From Euglena gracilis (taxonomy: Eukaryota): a stretch of DNA of 64,000 bases. The stretch lies in NCBI GenBank assembly GCA_039621445.1, contig CP154954.1:11340716-11404715 (forward strand), written 5' to 3'. Numbering within the stretch: position 1 is the stretch's first letter; each line of letters starts with the position of its first letter. Below are positions 1 to 10,799 of this stretch, piece by piece. The notes beneath the pieces are model-generated. The model was not told the DNA's origin, did not search any database, and saw only the letters and a list, made by a program, of their open reading frames with translations. Both the position numbers and the translations under genes were made by a program.

Positions 1-517
1 ACGGTATGGCAAGCGCTGAGTCTAACGTTGGCCAGGGAATTGGCTCGCCAGCTGGCTTGGGGGGCAGTGGCGGAGCCATCAGGCGACGTTGATCTCACTA
101 CCCACACCCCATATGCCACGGAGTAAAAAAGGGGGGGTCAGGGCGAACACCATGTAAACACCTGCGGCCGCTGAGGCCAAGCCAGGCAGCCTACACCGGC
201 CACCAAGGGCCGGTATTATTGGCTTTGTCCCGATGACACAACATGGTAAGCACACCTGAGAGAAAGCCGAAAGGCCAGACGAACCCGAAACCTCCATTGA
301 GCACACCGGGGAACAGCCTGCCCCCAACAAGGCCACCCCACCCCGCCTGCTCCCTGCCACCTCACCCCTCGGGCCCTGGCCCCCACATGGCCGATTCTGG
401 GTTCACCTGACCACCTTACCCTGAGACTGTCGCTTCTGTACATAGCCTTACCCCCTGAACACGTCAAATCCAGTAGGCAGTGCCACTGGTCGGTGGACTT
501 GGTTCGCCCCACCACCG
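1..517 (+). mobile_element. 3' end of a CRE-like non-LTR retrotransposon (plus strand, truncated by window edge)
   Basis: Frame 1 reads TVWQALSLTLARELARQLAWGQ, homologous to the C-terminus of ORF 9942-10784 (TCWQGLSMTLAREVGRQLVWGQ). Ends in the conserved 3'-terminal motif at ~457-517 shared with the minus-strand copies. Confidence 0.8.
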
Positions 518-849
518 TAGCGTAGTTTAACCCCGACTTTCTGCAGAGCATGGAATAGTACTATCTAGCATGACGTTGTACATTCTGCAGACTACTTCTA
601 TGCATAGTGTCATGTTCGTGCTGCCTGGTACACAGTGTGCAGTGATTGGGGGGTCAATGTTGGAGGGGGCCTTTTCAGGCCCATAGCCTTTTTTTGCCAC
701 TGGCTGGTTTGTGGGGGCCTTTTCAGGCCAAAAGACTGGGGGGGCCTTTTCTGGCCCGGTGGCTGGAGGGGCCTTTTCAGGCCCATTAGCAGGACCAGGG
801 CCTTTTCAGGCAAGAGGCCCGGTTGAGGGGGCCTTTTCATGCCCAATAC

Positions 850-1127
850 AGCACATAGAAGCAAGACCAAAAAGGGCTGAGAAGGCCAAGAACTTCAACC
901 GCACGTTGAACTGCTCGAGCTGGAGTTCTTGTATGTCTTGTCTTGAGCTTGTACTTGTGCTTGACTTCTATTTCTGCCTGCACCAGCAGGACTTCTTCTG
1001 CCTGCACCAGCAGGACTTGTAAGTAACTTCGATGATATTTGAACTCTTAACTTGGATATTGACCCCACCTGGGGCTTTCAATTGTCCGCCATGTATTATG
1101 TGAAAAAAATAGACACTCAGAAAGTGC
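850..1127 (-). pseudogene. SL-capped processed pseudogene (retrocopy of a trans-spliced mRNA); 3' limit uncertain
   Basis: Minus strand 1127-1101 reads GCACTTTCTGAGTGTCTATTTTTTTCA (SL exon). It is followed not by the GT of the SL intron but by CATAATAC-ATG (ATG at 1092). Downstream is a disrupted reading frame (...VNIQVKSSNIIEVTYKSCWCRQK...QDIQELQLEQFNVRLKFLAFSALFG). Confidence 0.65.
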
Positions 1128-1546
1128 TTGTGGAGCTACACTCCGCCATGGGACACTAGCCCTAGGGTTCGCCTTGCCTCAGCTCCTGACGCTTGGCGAT
1201 GGTGTGCTTGATAGGGGTGGCTTGTCCTGGCGCCGAAGTGGAAATCAGCAACCAGAGGCTTGACCCTGGCGTGCCTGATGGGTAAGGGCCGGTGAACCAT
1301 CGGTTCACCAGCGGTTGCCTACCTGACCTGTCACGATTAAACCATTGCGGCTTTGGCCGAGCAGTAACACTAATCGGAACTTCCCGCCGTACGGCGGCCA
1401 TTCCTGACTGGCAGCCCCGCAAACCATGGTTGGTTCAAGTCCTGTGCACTCCCGACTTGAAGTTTAGCTTATAGGGACTCGAACCCGCGCGTCCAGAAGA
1501 TTGCACCGATCGCAGCCGGCCATATGTCTGGTGGATTAACACAGGA
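1128..1546 (-). mobile_element. SINE-like insertion in the SL sequence with a 13-bp target-site duplication
   Basis: Direct repeat ACTCAGAAAGTGC at 1115-1127 and 1547-1559. Pol III B-box GGTTCGAGTCCC on the minus strand at 1485-1474, about 60 nt from the 5' end. No coding capacity. Confidence 0.6.
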
Positions 1547-1569
1547 ACTCAGAAAGTGCATGAAAAACG

Positions 1570-2380
1570 CGGTGGTGGGGCGAACCGAATCCACCGACCA
1601 CTGGCACAGCCTACTGGGTTTGAGTGTGCAGGAGAGAGGGAGGCTATATACAGATAGGGAAGCCCCATGGATACTCAGAGGGGTTACAATGCCCCCCATA
1701 TTGTACCCCCCCATAATGTACCCCCCATGGGGTACCCCCCCACCATGGACCATGACCTTGGCCCCGCCCATATTGTACCCCCCCCCATAATGTACCTCCC
1801 CGCCAGAAAATGGCTCCCAGGGGGGTACAATATGGGGGGGGCATGGTAAGCAGAGGCTGAGGGCGGTTTGGTTGCCGTGGACCCCGGGGGAGCGAGTGGC
1901 GGGGGTGTGTAGGGCAAGGCTGGTCGAGGTTCAGGGCGGCTCCTCTCATTCGATTGGTTCGAGTATTGGGGAGATGTGGTGGCGGTGCGTGGCTGCGGTT
2001 GTGGCTGTCGGCAGCCGTTGCCATGGTCCGCGGACGATGCTGTGGGGATCGTGCTTCGTCTGTTTTTTTTACCGCAGCGGCTGAGCAGTTTCATCGCACG
2101 ATGTGCTTCGCGCAGCATTTGCGCAATCCGCCAGAAGAGGGCGCCAGTAGCTCGTAGCTCTCGGCTTGGTGTGTGGAGCGGATGTCGCCATGGTCCCAAG
2201 AGGTCGCACGTTTGACCATCCTTGTCAGCAGGGTCGCGCTTTCCGGGTCCAGGCCGCCCCATGTGCCCATCGCCAGGGTGGGGAAGGACCCCGTTTCTAC
2301 AGGGGATGTGGTATATCGTGTGCTTGGCAGTCTCCTTCCTTTTGAACGTCCTCCACCGCTCCCGTGTTGCCTTTGAGAAA
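1570..2380 (-). mobile_element. 5'-truncated CRE-like retrotransposon (C-terminal stub + 3' UTR + terminal motif)
   Basis: Minus-strand peptide FPTLAMGTWGGLDPE matches FTPFALGTWGGMGPE of the other copies. Terminal motif at 1570-1628. Confidence 0.75.
1687..1846. mobile_element. TA-flanked MITE (Tc1/mariner-type)
   Basis: TIRs CAATGCCCCCCATATTGTACCCCCC / GGGGGGTACAATATGGGGGGGGCATGG, with TA on both flanks. Confidence 0.65.
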
Positions 2381-2414
2381 GTGCATTTTGCTTTTCGCCA
2401 CTTTTCTGGCAGAA

Positions 2415-4290
2415 GATCAGGGCGGGTAGCGCAGCTTCACCCAGACCGTGCCCCGGGCCGGTAGCGTTTCTTTTGGCCCTCGCCACAAGAGGAACCCCCT
2501 TGTGACTTCCCGTGCCGCCACAGGTCGCGGGTGTGCATACTGCTGGTAGTGTACATGACAACGTACGGTACCTGTTGGTGGTTAGTGGTTAGCCGAAAGT
2601 GGGCAAAGCCCACTTTGGATATATAGTGCGCGCGGGGGGGGTTTGGTGGGTGCCTGCCTGGCGGGGCGTGTTTGTGTCGTATTGCCTCGGTTGTTGGTGC
2701 GATTTGTCTTTTTGACCTTTCGGTGCCGTAGGAGCCTCTTCCTTGTGATTAGTGTTTTTGTGTTTGGGGTGCTTGGGTGCTTGGGGTTTTTCCTGGCTAC
2801 CTCCTGTTCGTGGAGCTTTTGGCGGCTTCTGGGTATCCTGTTTAACAAACAGCATGCTTTACGCCGAGTAGTTGCCAGATTTGGCGAATCAGTGCGACTG
2901 CGATGGCTTGATAGCATTCGGACTGTTTCAGGACCCTGTTTTCACCTTCTTGCCATGCAGTGGCTCCTTTTATGATGCGGCCAAGCAGGCGGGCGGCCTC
3001 TGGCCCCAGGGCCCCCCACGTGCCCATTGCCAAGGTTGTGAAGGACCAACCGGCGTTTTGACAAGTGACTTTGCGTTGTAAAAAGGACCTCCGTCGTTCC
3101 CGTGAGGTGTTTTGTTCTTGGACTTGCAAACCATGGCAGATTGTGATGTCCAGGGCTGTGGGTTTGCCATCCTGCCAACACGATAGTAGGAGATCAGCGG
3201 GGCGCAGGTTGGCATCCGGAGCATTGGGGATCGTGACTTCCTTTTGGACACCTTGGCCTGTGGAGGACAAAAGAGTAAAAATTGCATCCTGAACGGCCGT
3301 GTGTCTGGCGGTGAAGTTGTTTCGAGGGCAGCAGATGAGGTGGTCCCCTTCCCTGTCCAGCGGTGCTGAGCAGCCTTGGCATTTCTGCGTTTCATCGTCA
3401 ATGATGGGCAGCCCAATCCAGCATTTGAGCCCAAGACAGTACTCATCACTTAAAAAGTCTGTGTGTAGAGCCAGTGAGGGGGGAGAGGCCATCCAGCCAT
3501 GACCAATTCCTGAGGACTGTTCCAAAAGGCGGGCTTGGTCCCGTGGCTTGCATTGATTAATCAGGTTGTCCATTGTGGTTTTGCCTATTTCTTTGGACCA
3601 CCATTTTTGGGACTGCTCATCTTTTCCTGCGGTCTGGGTTGTTGCCAGGTTTCCTAGCAGTCTCGGGGCTGTCGGATGGTTGGGTAGGGCAGCACACAGT
3701 TCTCTCAGTGAGATCTGCCACGGGACTTCCTGTATATTGGGCAGACCAATTTTCCGATGCCCCTCAGTGTAGAAAGCGCAAAGTGCTGCTGTGCGGGCCG
3801 CTGCTTGGTTGTGTCAGGGGACGTGCAGCCCACATCCTCCTTTAGAGAGTGGTAGTGTTGCTTGCAGTCTCTGTGTCGTGTTCAGTACGACTCCCACCAC
3901 GTCCTCAAAGGCTTGTAAGATGACTTCGGAGGACCGAAGCATCTGCAAGACGCAATCAAGCGCCCAGGTAGAGGGGCACACCTGATCTCAGCTCTCGCCA
4001 AGCTCACCAACACATGGGTTAATGGGGACCTCCCCTCAGCACACTCCCCGTTCTGGTGCGGTGCCAACCTCACACCCCTTCGGAAAAAGGATGACGGGGT
4101 CAGACCGGTGGCAGTGGGGGAAACCGTACGGAGATTGATTGGCAAAGCCCTATTGGCAACAGGCACGGCTAAAGACCAGGTGGGCAATGGGACGAAGCCC
4201 AGAGGGTCCTGGGGCTGACGTACGCGGGAATTTCAGGATAGCCTCGTGCAAGATGGGTTCCCATGTAATTGATTCCATCCTGGAACGGTG
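2415..4290 (-). mobile_element. Rearranged CRE-like retrotransposon (RT fragments + REL endonuclease) with an internal inversion
   Basis: ORF 2842-3573 has a CxxC...HxxCC knuckle and the REL motif RPADLL...ALDITI. 4183-4290 (-) encodes FPRTSAPGPSGLRP. 3982-4182 encodes WCGANLTPLRKKDDGVRPVAVGETVRRLIGK on the opposite (+) strand. Confidence 0.85.
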
Positions 4291-4328
4291 TGATTTTCTT
4301 TTGCTTAGTGGCAGATCAGGAAGAAATA

Positions 4329-4558
4329 CGGTGGTGGGGCGAACCGAATCCACCGACCAGTGGCACAGCCTACTGGATTTGAGTGTTCCGGGGAGACGGG
4401 GGCTATGGACAGATGGGGGAACCCCATGGATAGGCAGAGGTGTCGACTGTCGCAGGGCTCAACGGGTGGAAAACGGGCAACCCCATCTTCAATATAAAGC
4501 GCAGGGGGAGGACAGGGTGAGGAGGTTCGCGGGGCGTGGGTGGGGCGTCGGTTGGTCG

Positions 4559-4592
<34 letters not shown>

Positions 4593-4760
4593 TCCTCTGC
4601 TCTTTGTTTTGTTGTTCTTCTTCTCTTCATCATTTTTTTTTTAGCGGAGTAGGTGCTTGGGTTGTAGGAGGTGGAATACCTCCCGTAGCAGGGCGATGGC
4701 CACGTTTTGGTAGATTTCCGCCTCCTTGATTTCGCGCTTCATTTCGGTGTGATTTTTCTT
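4329..4760 (-). mobile_element. Short 3' stub of a CRE-like retrotransposon
   Basis: Encodes ...QNVAIALLREVFHLLQPKHLLR*, the same C-terminus as ORF 5158-5754. Terminal motif at 4329-4387. Confidence 0.8.
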
Positions 4761-7700
4761 TTTTTTTTAACCAGAAAGAGGGAAGGCCACCCGGTGGTGG
4801 GGCGAGCCGAATCCACCGACTAGTTTCACAGCCTACTGGATTTGTCAGAGTTCGTGGGAGGGGAGCTATGTACACATGGGCGAGGCCCATGGGCAGCATA
4901 GGTATAAGCGGTGGCGGATGAGGGGAGAGGAGAGCAGTCGAGGGTGAGGGGGACTGCGTGTGCTCGAGGTGGTCGTGCGGGTGCCCGGCTGCCGGATTGG
5001 TGAGCTGCTCGGAGGGCGCCCCGGTTTGTGCTGGCGCTCTCTCGGTGGCGCTCCTTCTGTGGCGGGTGTGTGCGGTTGGGTGGCCACGTGGGCCACCATT
5101 CGGCGTCTGTGGCGTTTGTGTTCCCTTGCTGTTGTTGTTGTAGATGTTGTTGTTTGTTTAACGGAGCAGATGCTTGGGCTGCAGGAGGTGGAAGACCTCT
5201 CGTAGCAGGGCGATGGCCACGTTCTGATGAATCTCTGCCTCCTTGATTTCTCGTTCGGCGCCCTGTTGCCAGGACGAGGCGCGTTTGGCCACTCGGCCTA
5301 GCGTCTTGGCTGTTTCGGGGCCCATGCCGCCCCATGTCCCCAGGGCGAACGGCGTGAAGCCCCACCCTGCTTGCTGGCAGGGGATGGTGTACTTCTGCTT
5401 CTTGGCCTCCTCCCTTCTCTTTAGGAAGGACCTCCAGCGCTCGCGGGTGGCATTCTGTTCTGTGGTCTGCCATCCGTGGCAGACGGTGACGTCCAGTGCC
5501 GTTGGCTTTCCCTCAGACCAGCAGTCAAGTAGGAGGTCCGCCGGGCGGAGGTGACTGTCGCGGGCCGTTGGCAGGGAGACGTCCTTCTGTACCCGCTGTC
5601 CGCTGTTGGACAAGGTTTGAAATAGTGCGTCCTGTACAGCGTTGTGGCAGGTTGCGAAGTTGTTCCTCCGGCGTCGCCCTCCTTGTCCAGGGGTTGGCCG
5701 CAGCCTGTGCACGGCTGGCTGATATCCGCAAGCACCGGGAGGCCCAACCACCATTTTAGTCCCAGGCTATAGTCTTCGCTGGTGAAGGTGGCATAAGAGT
5801 TGTTCGATGGGGAGGCCGCCATCCAGCCGTGTCCGAAACCCGTGGCCTGTTCCAGCAGGCGGTTCTGGTCCCGGGGCCGAGCCTGGTCCAGTAGGTCGTC
5901 CATTGCCTTCTTGCCCAGCTCGTGATTCCACCACTTCTGCTTCCGCGGCTCCTGGTCCGCGGACACGATTCGGTGTGGGTTGTTTAGGAAGGTGGTCATG
6001 GTGGCATGGTTGGATCCCAGCCTGCCCCTGAGGTCGTCCAAAACGGGTGTGACCAAGGTAAGCTGCGGGCTGACTGCGTAGTCGGGCACTCCAACCCACC
6101 GGTCTGAATAGAAGTCTGCGAGGCAGGAAATCCTTGCCGCGGGTTGGGTGTATGACAGTATGCGTAGGCCGCAGCCGCCACTTGACAGGGGCAGCGAGGC
6201 CTGTGTCCACTGTTGCGAGTTTAGCGCCGTGCCCAGTATGTCCTCGAAGGCGTTCATGATTGCCTCCGAGCAGCTGCTTACTTGGTCTTGGCTGCCATAG
6301 GAGTTGGACGCACGCAGAAGATGGTTCACCTTGCAGCCGTCCAGGCAGCTCCGTAGCAGATGATGCGCTTCCTGGGCGTCGGTCAGGGAAGTTATTGTGG
6401 ATGCGGCCTTCTCAATTTTGGCGGCAGCGTCTTCCCACGCTGTCTTGGTGGTGTCTGAAGATGCCTGGTGGTCAACTGGGATGCCGAGGACAGCAATGCC
6501 CTCCCCTGGTGTCCAAGGGACAAGTTGTAATGTGTCGCGGCTGGGTGTGCTTTTTGCTCCCGGGCCCCATAGGACGCATTTTCGCAGGTTCAGGCCGAGA
6601 CCTACACGGTGGGACTCTTGCAGCAGGAAACGTAGGGAGTGCTCAATCCTGTCCGGGGTCCCGACCAAAAGGCCGCCGTCCAGGTACCAGCTGTTCCACA
6701 GCTGCTGGCCGTCCCTGGTAATCTGCTCCAGTAGGGGCTGTAGTGCCAGGGCGAACCCAATGGGGCCCAGAGGATAGACTTGGTCCGTCCCCCGTTGTGA
6801 GAGGATGGACCGGCAGCCGCAGAAAAGGGGTACGGGTGCGCTGTAGGCAAACCTCAAGAAATTGAACAGGCTGGGGGTCCGTGTCTCTGCTTCCGTGAGG
6901 ATTGCCCCGCGGTCCACTGTGTTGAACGCGTTGGAGTAGTCCACCTGGAGAGGTACCCAGGGCGATGTGTCCCCTAACCGATTGACGAGGTGTTGCATGC
7001 CCAGGGCGACGGCTTCAGCCGCATTTTGTACCCCTACCCCGACCTGTGTGGGTGCGAGGGTTGCGACCTCCGACCGTGCATTTGGTGTCTGGAGCAACGC
7101 CTTCCCAACCAGGCGTCGAATGGTCTCCCCCACCGCTACGGGTCGCACCCCGTTGTCCTTCTTGCGGAGGGGTGTCAGGTTTGCGCAGCACCAGGCCGCA
7201 TCGTGGTCCGGTGGCAGCTGACCGTGAACCTAGACGTGGGTCAGTCGTGCAAGGGCTGTGATCAGCTTCGCCCCCCGGTCCGGTCTTCGCAGGCAGCCTT
7301 GGAGGTGGCTAGGCCGCAGGCCTGATGGACCTGGTGCGGATCCCCGTGGGAAGCGGCGGATGGCCTCCTTCAGTCTGTCCTCCCATTCTGGGCTGTAGTT
7401 CTCTGGGAAAGGCCGCACGCGTCGTGGGAGGCGGTTGGTGTCGACATGTCTGCCAGCCGGATGCAGCTTCTCCAGGGCGGCCCAGACTTCCGGGTCGTCT
7501 GGCTAGTGAGCGCCCTCGGAGAGCAGGACCTAGACCGCCTTCGCAGACGCCCCGTCGCCCGTGAGGGTGCGAACACGTCTCGTCATAGCCTCACTGAGGG
7601 CAGACGGCTGTGTTCTAGAGCGTTTCTCCGCCCTTGTCTCCACGACGGAGTGTCGTGTTTGTGTGTCCTTCATTGCCTCTGACAGGAGGCTGGCGTAATC

Positions 7701-8138
7701 CCCCTCGCGGAAAAGCCTGGTGCGTCTCAGCAGGATAGACTCCAGCTCAGCAGCCGGCGGCGGTGTGCTTGTTGAAGCCGGTCGTAGGACGAGCTTTGGG
7801 AAGGAGAGTACCCCGAACAATGCTGCGTCTGAGGGTGCGTGGGCATAGGTACTGATGGCATCTGCCATGGTGTCAAAGACAGGTTGTTGGCAGGCCGAAG
7901 GTAGGTGAAGGAGGGTCGGGATTCTATGTTGTAGGATGTGGGTGATGTCGCAAGGGGGGGTGCCCACGACGAGGGTGTGCGTGGATTGCCCCCGGAGATT
8001 GGACTCCTGCGCGGCGCTGTCGATGACCACTGCGGCGTCGTGTTACGGGTGTGCAAGGTCTAGCAACAGGAGGTCCTGGTCCCGGACAGCTGCCACCGCC
8101 GGTGCGGCGCGGGGTGACGCAGGTGCTGGGCGCTTGGC

Positions 8139-8192
8139 TGGTCCGGGATTCTCCTCTACGTCCCCACAGGTGAGGAGGCTGCCCCGTCCGTC
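8139..8192 (-). other. 2A (StopGo) peptide
   Basis: DGRGSLLTCGDVEENPGP: full DxExNPGP consensus, 17/18 identical to T2A (EGRGSLLTCGDVEENPGP). Confidence 0.93.
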
Positions 8193-8574
8193 ACGTCTGC
8201 CCTGGCAGGGGGCTGTGGGGCGCATCCCACTTGTAATCTGAAAGGCGGGCGGGCCCGATGCGGCACGTGGGAGGGGGCCGATCAGCCGGATGAGGGTGTG
8301 GCAGTCCCAAGGCCAGTGACTTTGGCCACAGTGCGGGCACTGTTCTGGTGGCGGTAAGCGAATGTCCCAGAGATACCTCTTTTGCAACAAGAAGAGGCGT
8401 GAGGCGAATGGAATGAGGCGGAAGGATCCTTTGGCGCAGTCGAGGGCGACCCATGCCTCGGGCGGCGGCACATCCGTGGCCCTGATGTGCGGGATTTGGG
8501 TGGGGCGTGACCGCTGATACGGCGGTGTCATCCGACACGTCGGGCGGGCGGATGTGCGGGACAGGGGCTTCGTG

Positions 8575-8981
8575 TGTATCCGCATGGCCCATGTGGACCA
8601 CGGTGGCGGTTCCAAAGGCAGATTCCCCTGGGCACGATACAATGGGGTTCCGGTAGGTAAGCGGAAAGAGGTTTCCGCAATCAGCAGGAGGTGGTGCAGT
8701 TCTGGCCGCGTGGATGGACATAGGAGAAGGACAGGCCCTCCTTCTGTCTTGAGCTTGTTTAGAATCTGGGGTAGCAAGTGCCACGGCGGGTTCATCCATA
8801 CCGGGTTTCTCCGATTCCAGTCCTGCAGAAGCGCATTTGTGCTCTTATCCCAGAAGTGAGGGTAATGAGTGTTATGTGCAGCCGCGAAGGCGTCTATTCC
8901 GGGCTCCATTATTGGGCTCAGCCTATGGACAACTCTTCGTTGCCACGGGGCGTCCAGCATGTAGTCCCCGTCAGCTGAGGC
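8575..8981 (-). CDS. DNA N6-adenine methyltransferase domain (phage-Dam/DIRS-type) within the CRE polyprotein
   Basis: GDYMLD...IDAFAAAHN...NAL...WMNPPW...PPPW aligns motif by motif with the DIRS MTase in this window (GDYSLD...TDLFASPGN...DAL...YANPPW...PPRW). NPPW is the amino-MTase catalytic motif IV. Confidence 0.85.
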
Positions 8982-9032
8982 CGGCCCAGGATTCTCCTCC
9001 ACACAGCCCCCAACAGTTGCCGTCCCCCGTCC
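8982..9032 (-). other. Second, variant 2A-like peptide
   Basis: GGCVEENPGP is in frame with the MTase. Adding one G in a G-run gives DGGRQLLGGCVEENPGP. The consensus D is replaced by C. Confidence 0.7.
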
Positions 9033-9475
9033 AAGCGACTCAATTTACTCTGCCTCTTGCATAAATTGTGTTGTGCACACGAAAAAATGTTGATTTAGCG
9101 TTTTGGGTGTGCCGGGCAGAAGGCGATGGCAGAGTCACAGCGCACCTTGAAGCGCCTGTTCCAGCAGTCTTTTTGGAAGAGGAAACATTGTTCCCGCTTG
9201 CACCATACCGTGTGATTTTCTTGAAAGTCAGATCTGAGGGGGCGCGGCCTAGGAGGATCACTCCGAGCCGAAGTCCTGTGCGGGTGAGAGTAATGCACAT
9301 AACAAGTTCTCAAGGTGGGAGGGGGGGGAGTCGAGGGTGAAGTAGAAGGGCGGTGAAGCGCACAGTACGCAGGGGGAGATATCGAGTGTGAGAGGAAAGT
9401 GTACAGCGGCAGGGAAGGTTCAAGGGAAGTGAAGGGAAGGTTGAAGGGAAGTGATTTTGCAGAAAGAAGAAGAGC

Positions 9476-10790
9476 GGTGGTGGGGCGAACCGAATCCACC
9501 GACCAGTGGCACTGCCTACTGGATTTGTGTGTTCAGGGGAGAGGTGAGGTATGTACAAATGGGGCGACGCCCATGGACAGTAAGAAGTGGTTTAGCAGAG
9601 GCAGCGGGGGCTTTAGTAGCCGGTGTATGAGGGTGACCAAGTGGCTGGGTGTGACGGCGCTCAGAAATTCATCGCTTGTCCATTGACCGCCACATCCTCC
9701 TGCATCCGACGGTTGGTTTTGGAAGGCGGACCCTTCGTTCCCCACTCCAACACGTGCGGGTTAGGTTTTCCCGTGAGCTTGGAGAGGTTGTAAGGTAGAC
9801 CTTGTGGGCACTTGGCTTGAGGTCCCTCGCGGGGGTTCAGCCCCCAATCGATTGTGTGTGACTTCTTTACCTTCATGGGGGACGTCCAGAGAGGTTTGGT
9901 GTTTTATTTTTTGTGTTTGGTCGTGTTGCTGAGCCTCGGTGTTATGACGTACGGTAGGGTATATGAGATTCCGGGGAGCTATGGTCAGCGAGCTCTTCGG
10001 GGCATTGACCCCAGACCAATTGTCGTCCGACCTCCCGGGCCAGAGTCATGCTTAATCCTTGCCAGCAGGTCCCCTCGACGCCCCTCCTCTCCCAGGCGTC
10101 GTGTTGGCCTGCCAGCAGCTTGATGCAGTTACCAACAAAGGCGAGCGCACCATCTCCCATGCCACCATAACAGTCCAAGACAAAAGGAATGAATGCCCAG
10201 CCCCTTCTTTGGCAAGTGTCACCATACTTCCGTATTTTGTCCTCCTCTTGTGCCTCATGCCACCTGCCAATATCTTCCAAGACAGTGCGGTTTCGCGAAG
10301 GCGCAAGTGGGTGACGAACGGTGACGTCGATGGCCGCCGGGCCGTTTGCGTCGTACCTCATGACGAATACGTCGCCTGGTCGTGAACCATCTGGGGCGCT
10401 TTCTTCCCTTCTGGCTGGGAAGCCTGCACGCTGCGCGAGCCCGAGGATGTGCGATTGAACCGCATTGTGCCGCCTGACAATGTTGTTTTTGTGGCAGCAA
10501 ACAAGGTGGTGGCCTCTAACATCTGTGGCGTTGTGGCATCGTGGGCAGGCAGGTGGGCTGTCCGTTGCGCTGACCACTGGGGCACCCAGAGACCACTGGA
10601 CGATGGCCTGAAATTCTCTGGTTGGAATCAGTGTTTTGGTCGAGGCAGTGTCAGAGGCCCATGCCATGGCGTGTGGCTTCATCTGGCACGAGAACTTCAA
10701 TTTTTCCGTCCCTTCCAAGGCGGCATGCAGCCTTTGCTGCCGTGCTTCAGCACAAGCATTTCCCCAGAAACGCTGTGTCAGCATCTCGGA
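9476..10790 (-). mobile_element. 5'-truncated CRE-like retrotransposon, second family (Zn knuckle + REL endonuclease)
   Basis: ORF 9942-10784: CPRC...HLVCC, RHNAV, RPGDVF, AIDVTV, EEDKIRKY. Terminal motif at 9476-9533. Confidence 0.88.
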
Positions 10791-10799
10791 AGTGATTTT

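Larger units (their letters stand above)
4792..9470 (-). mobile_element. Near full-length, pseudogenized CRE/SLACS-clade non-LTR retrotransposon: [N-term]-2A-[adenine MTase + Zn knuckle]-2A-[RT-REL]
   Basis: ORFs 8043-9002, 7530-8030, 7230-7418 and 5421-7148 are all in one frame, separated by single stops. RT motifs: SAPGPSG, RPVAVGE, DYSNAFN, G-DQ-PLGP, WYLDG. REL motifs RPADLL/ALDVTV/E..K..KY in ORF 5158-5754 after a frameshift. Terminal motif at 4792-4845. Confidence 0.9.

Noticed and set aside
4329-4430. Conserved motif as 5S rRNA, tRNA or HDV/hammerhead ribozyme
   Set aside because: I could not fit it to those consensus structures by eye; it always lies at CRE 3' ends. A covariance search is needed to exclude this fully.
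8139-8192. T2A as vector contamination
   Set aside because: It is embedded in frame in a decayed native retrotransposon, with a second divergent 2A-like motif and no vector features nearby.
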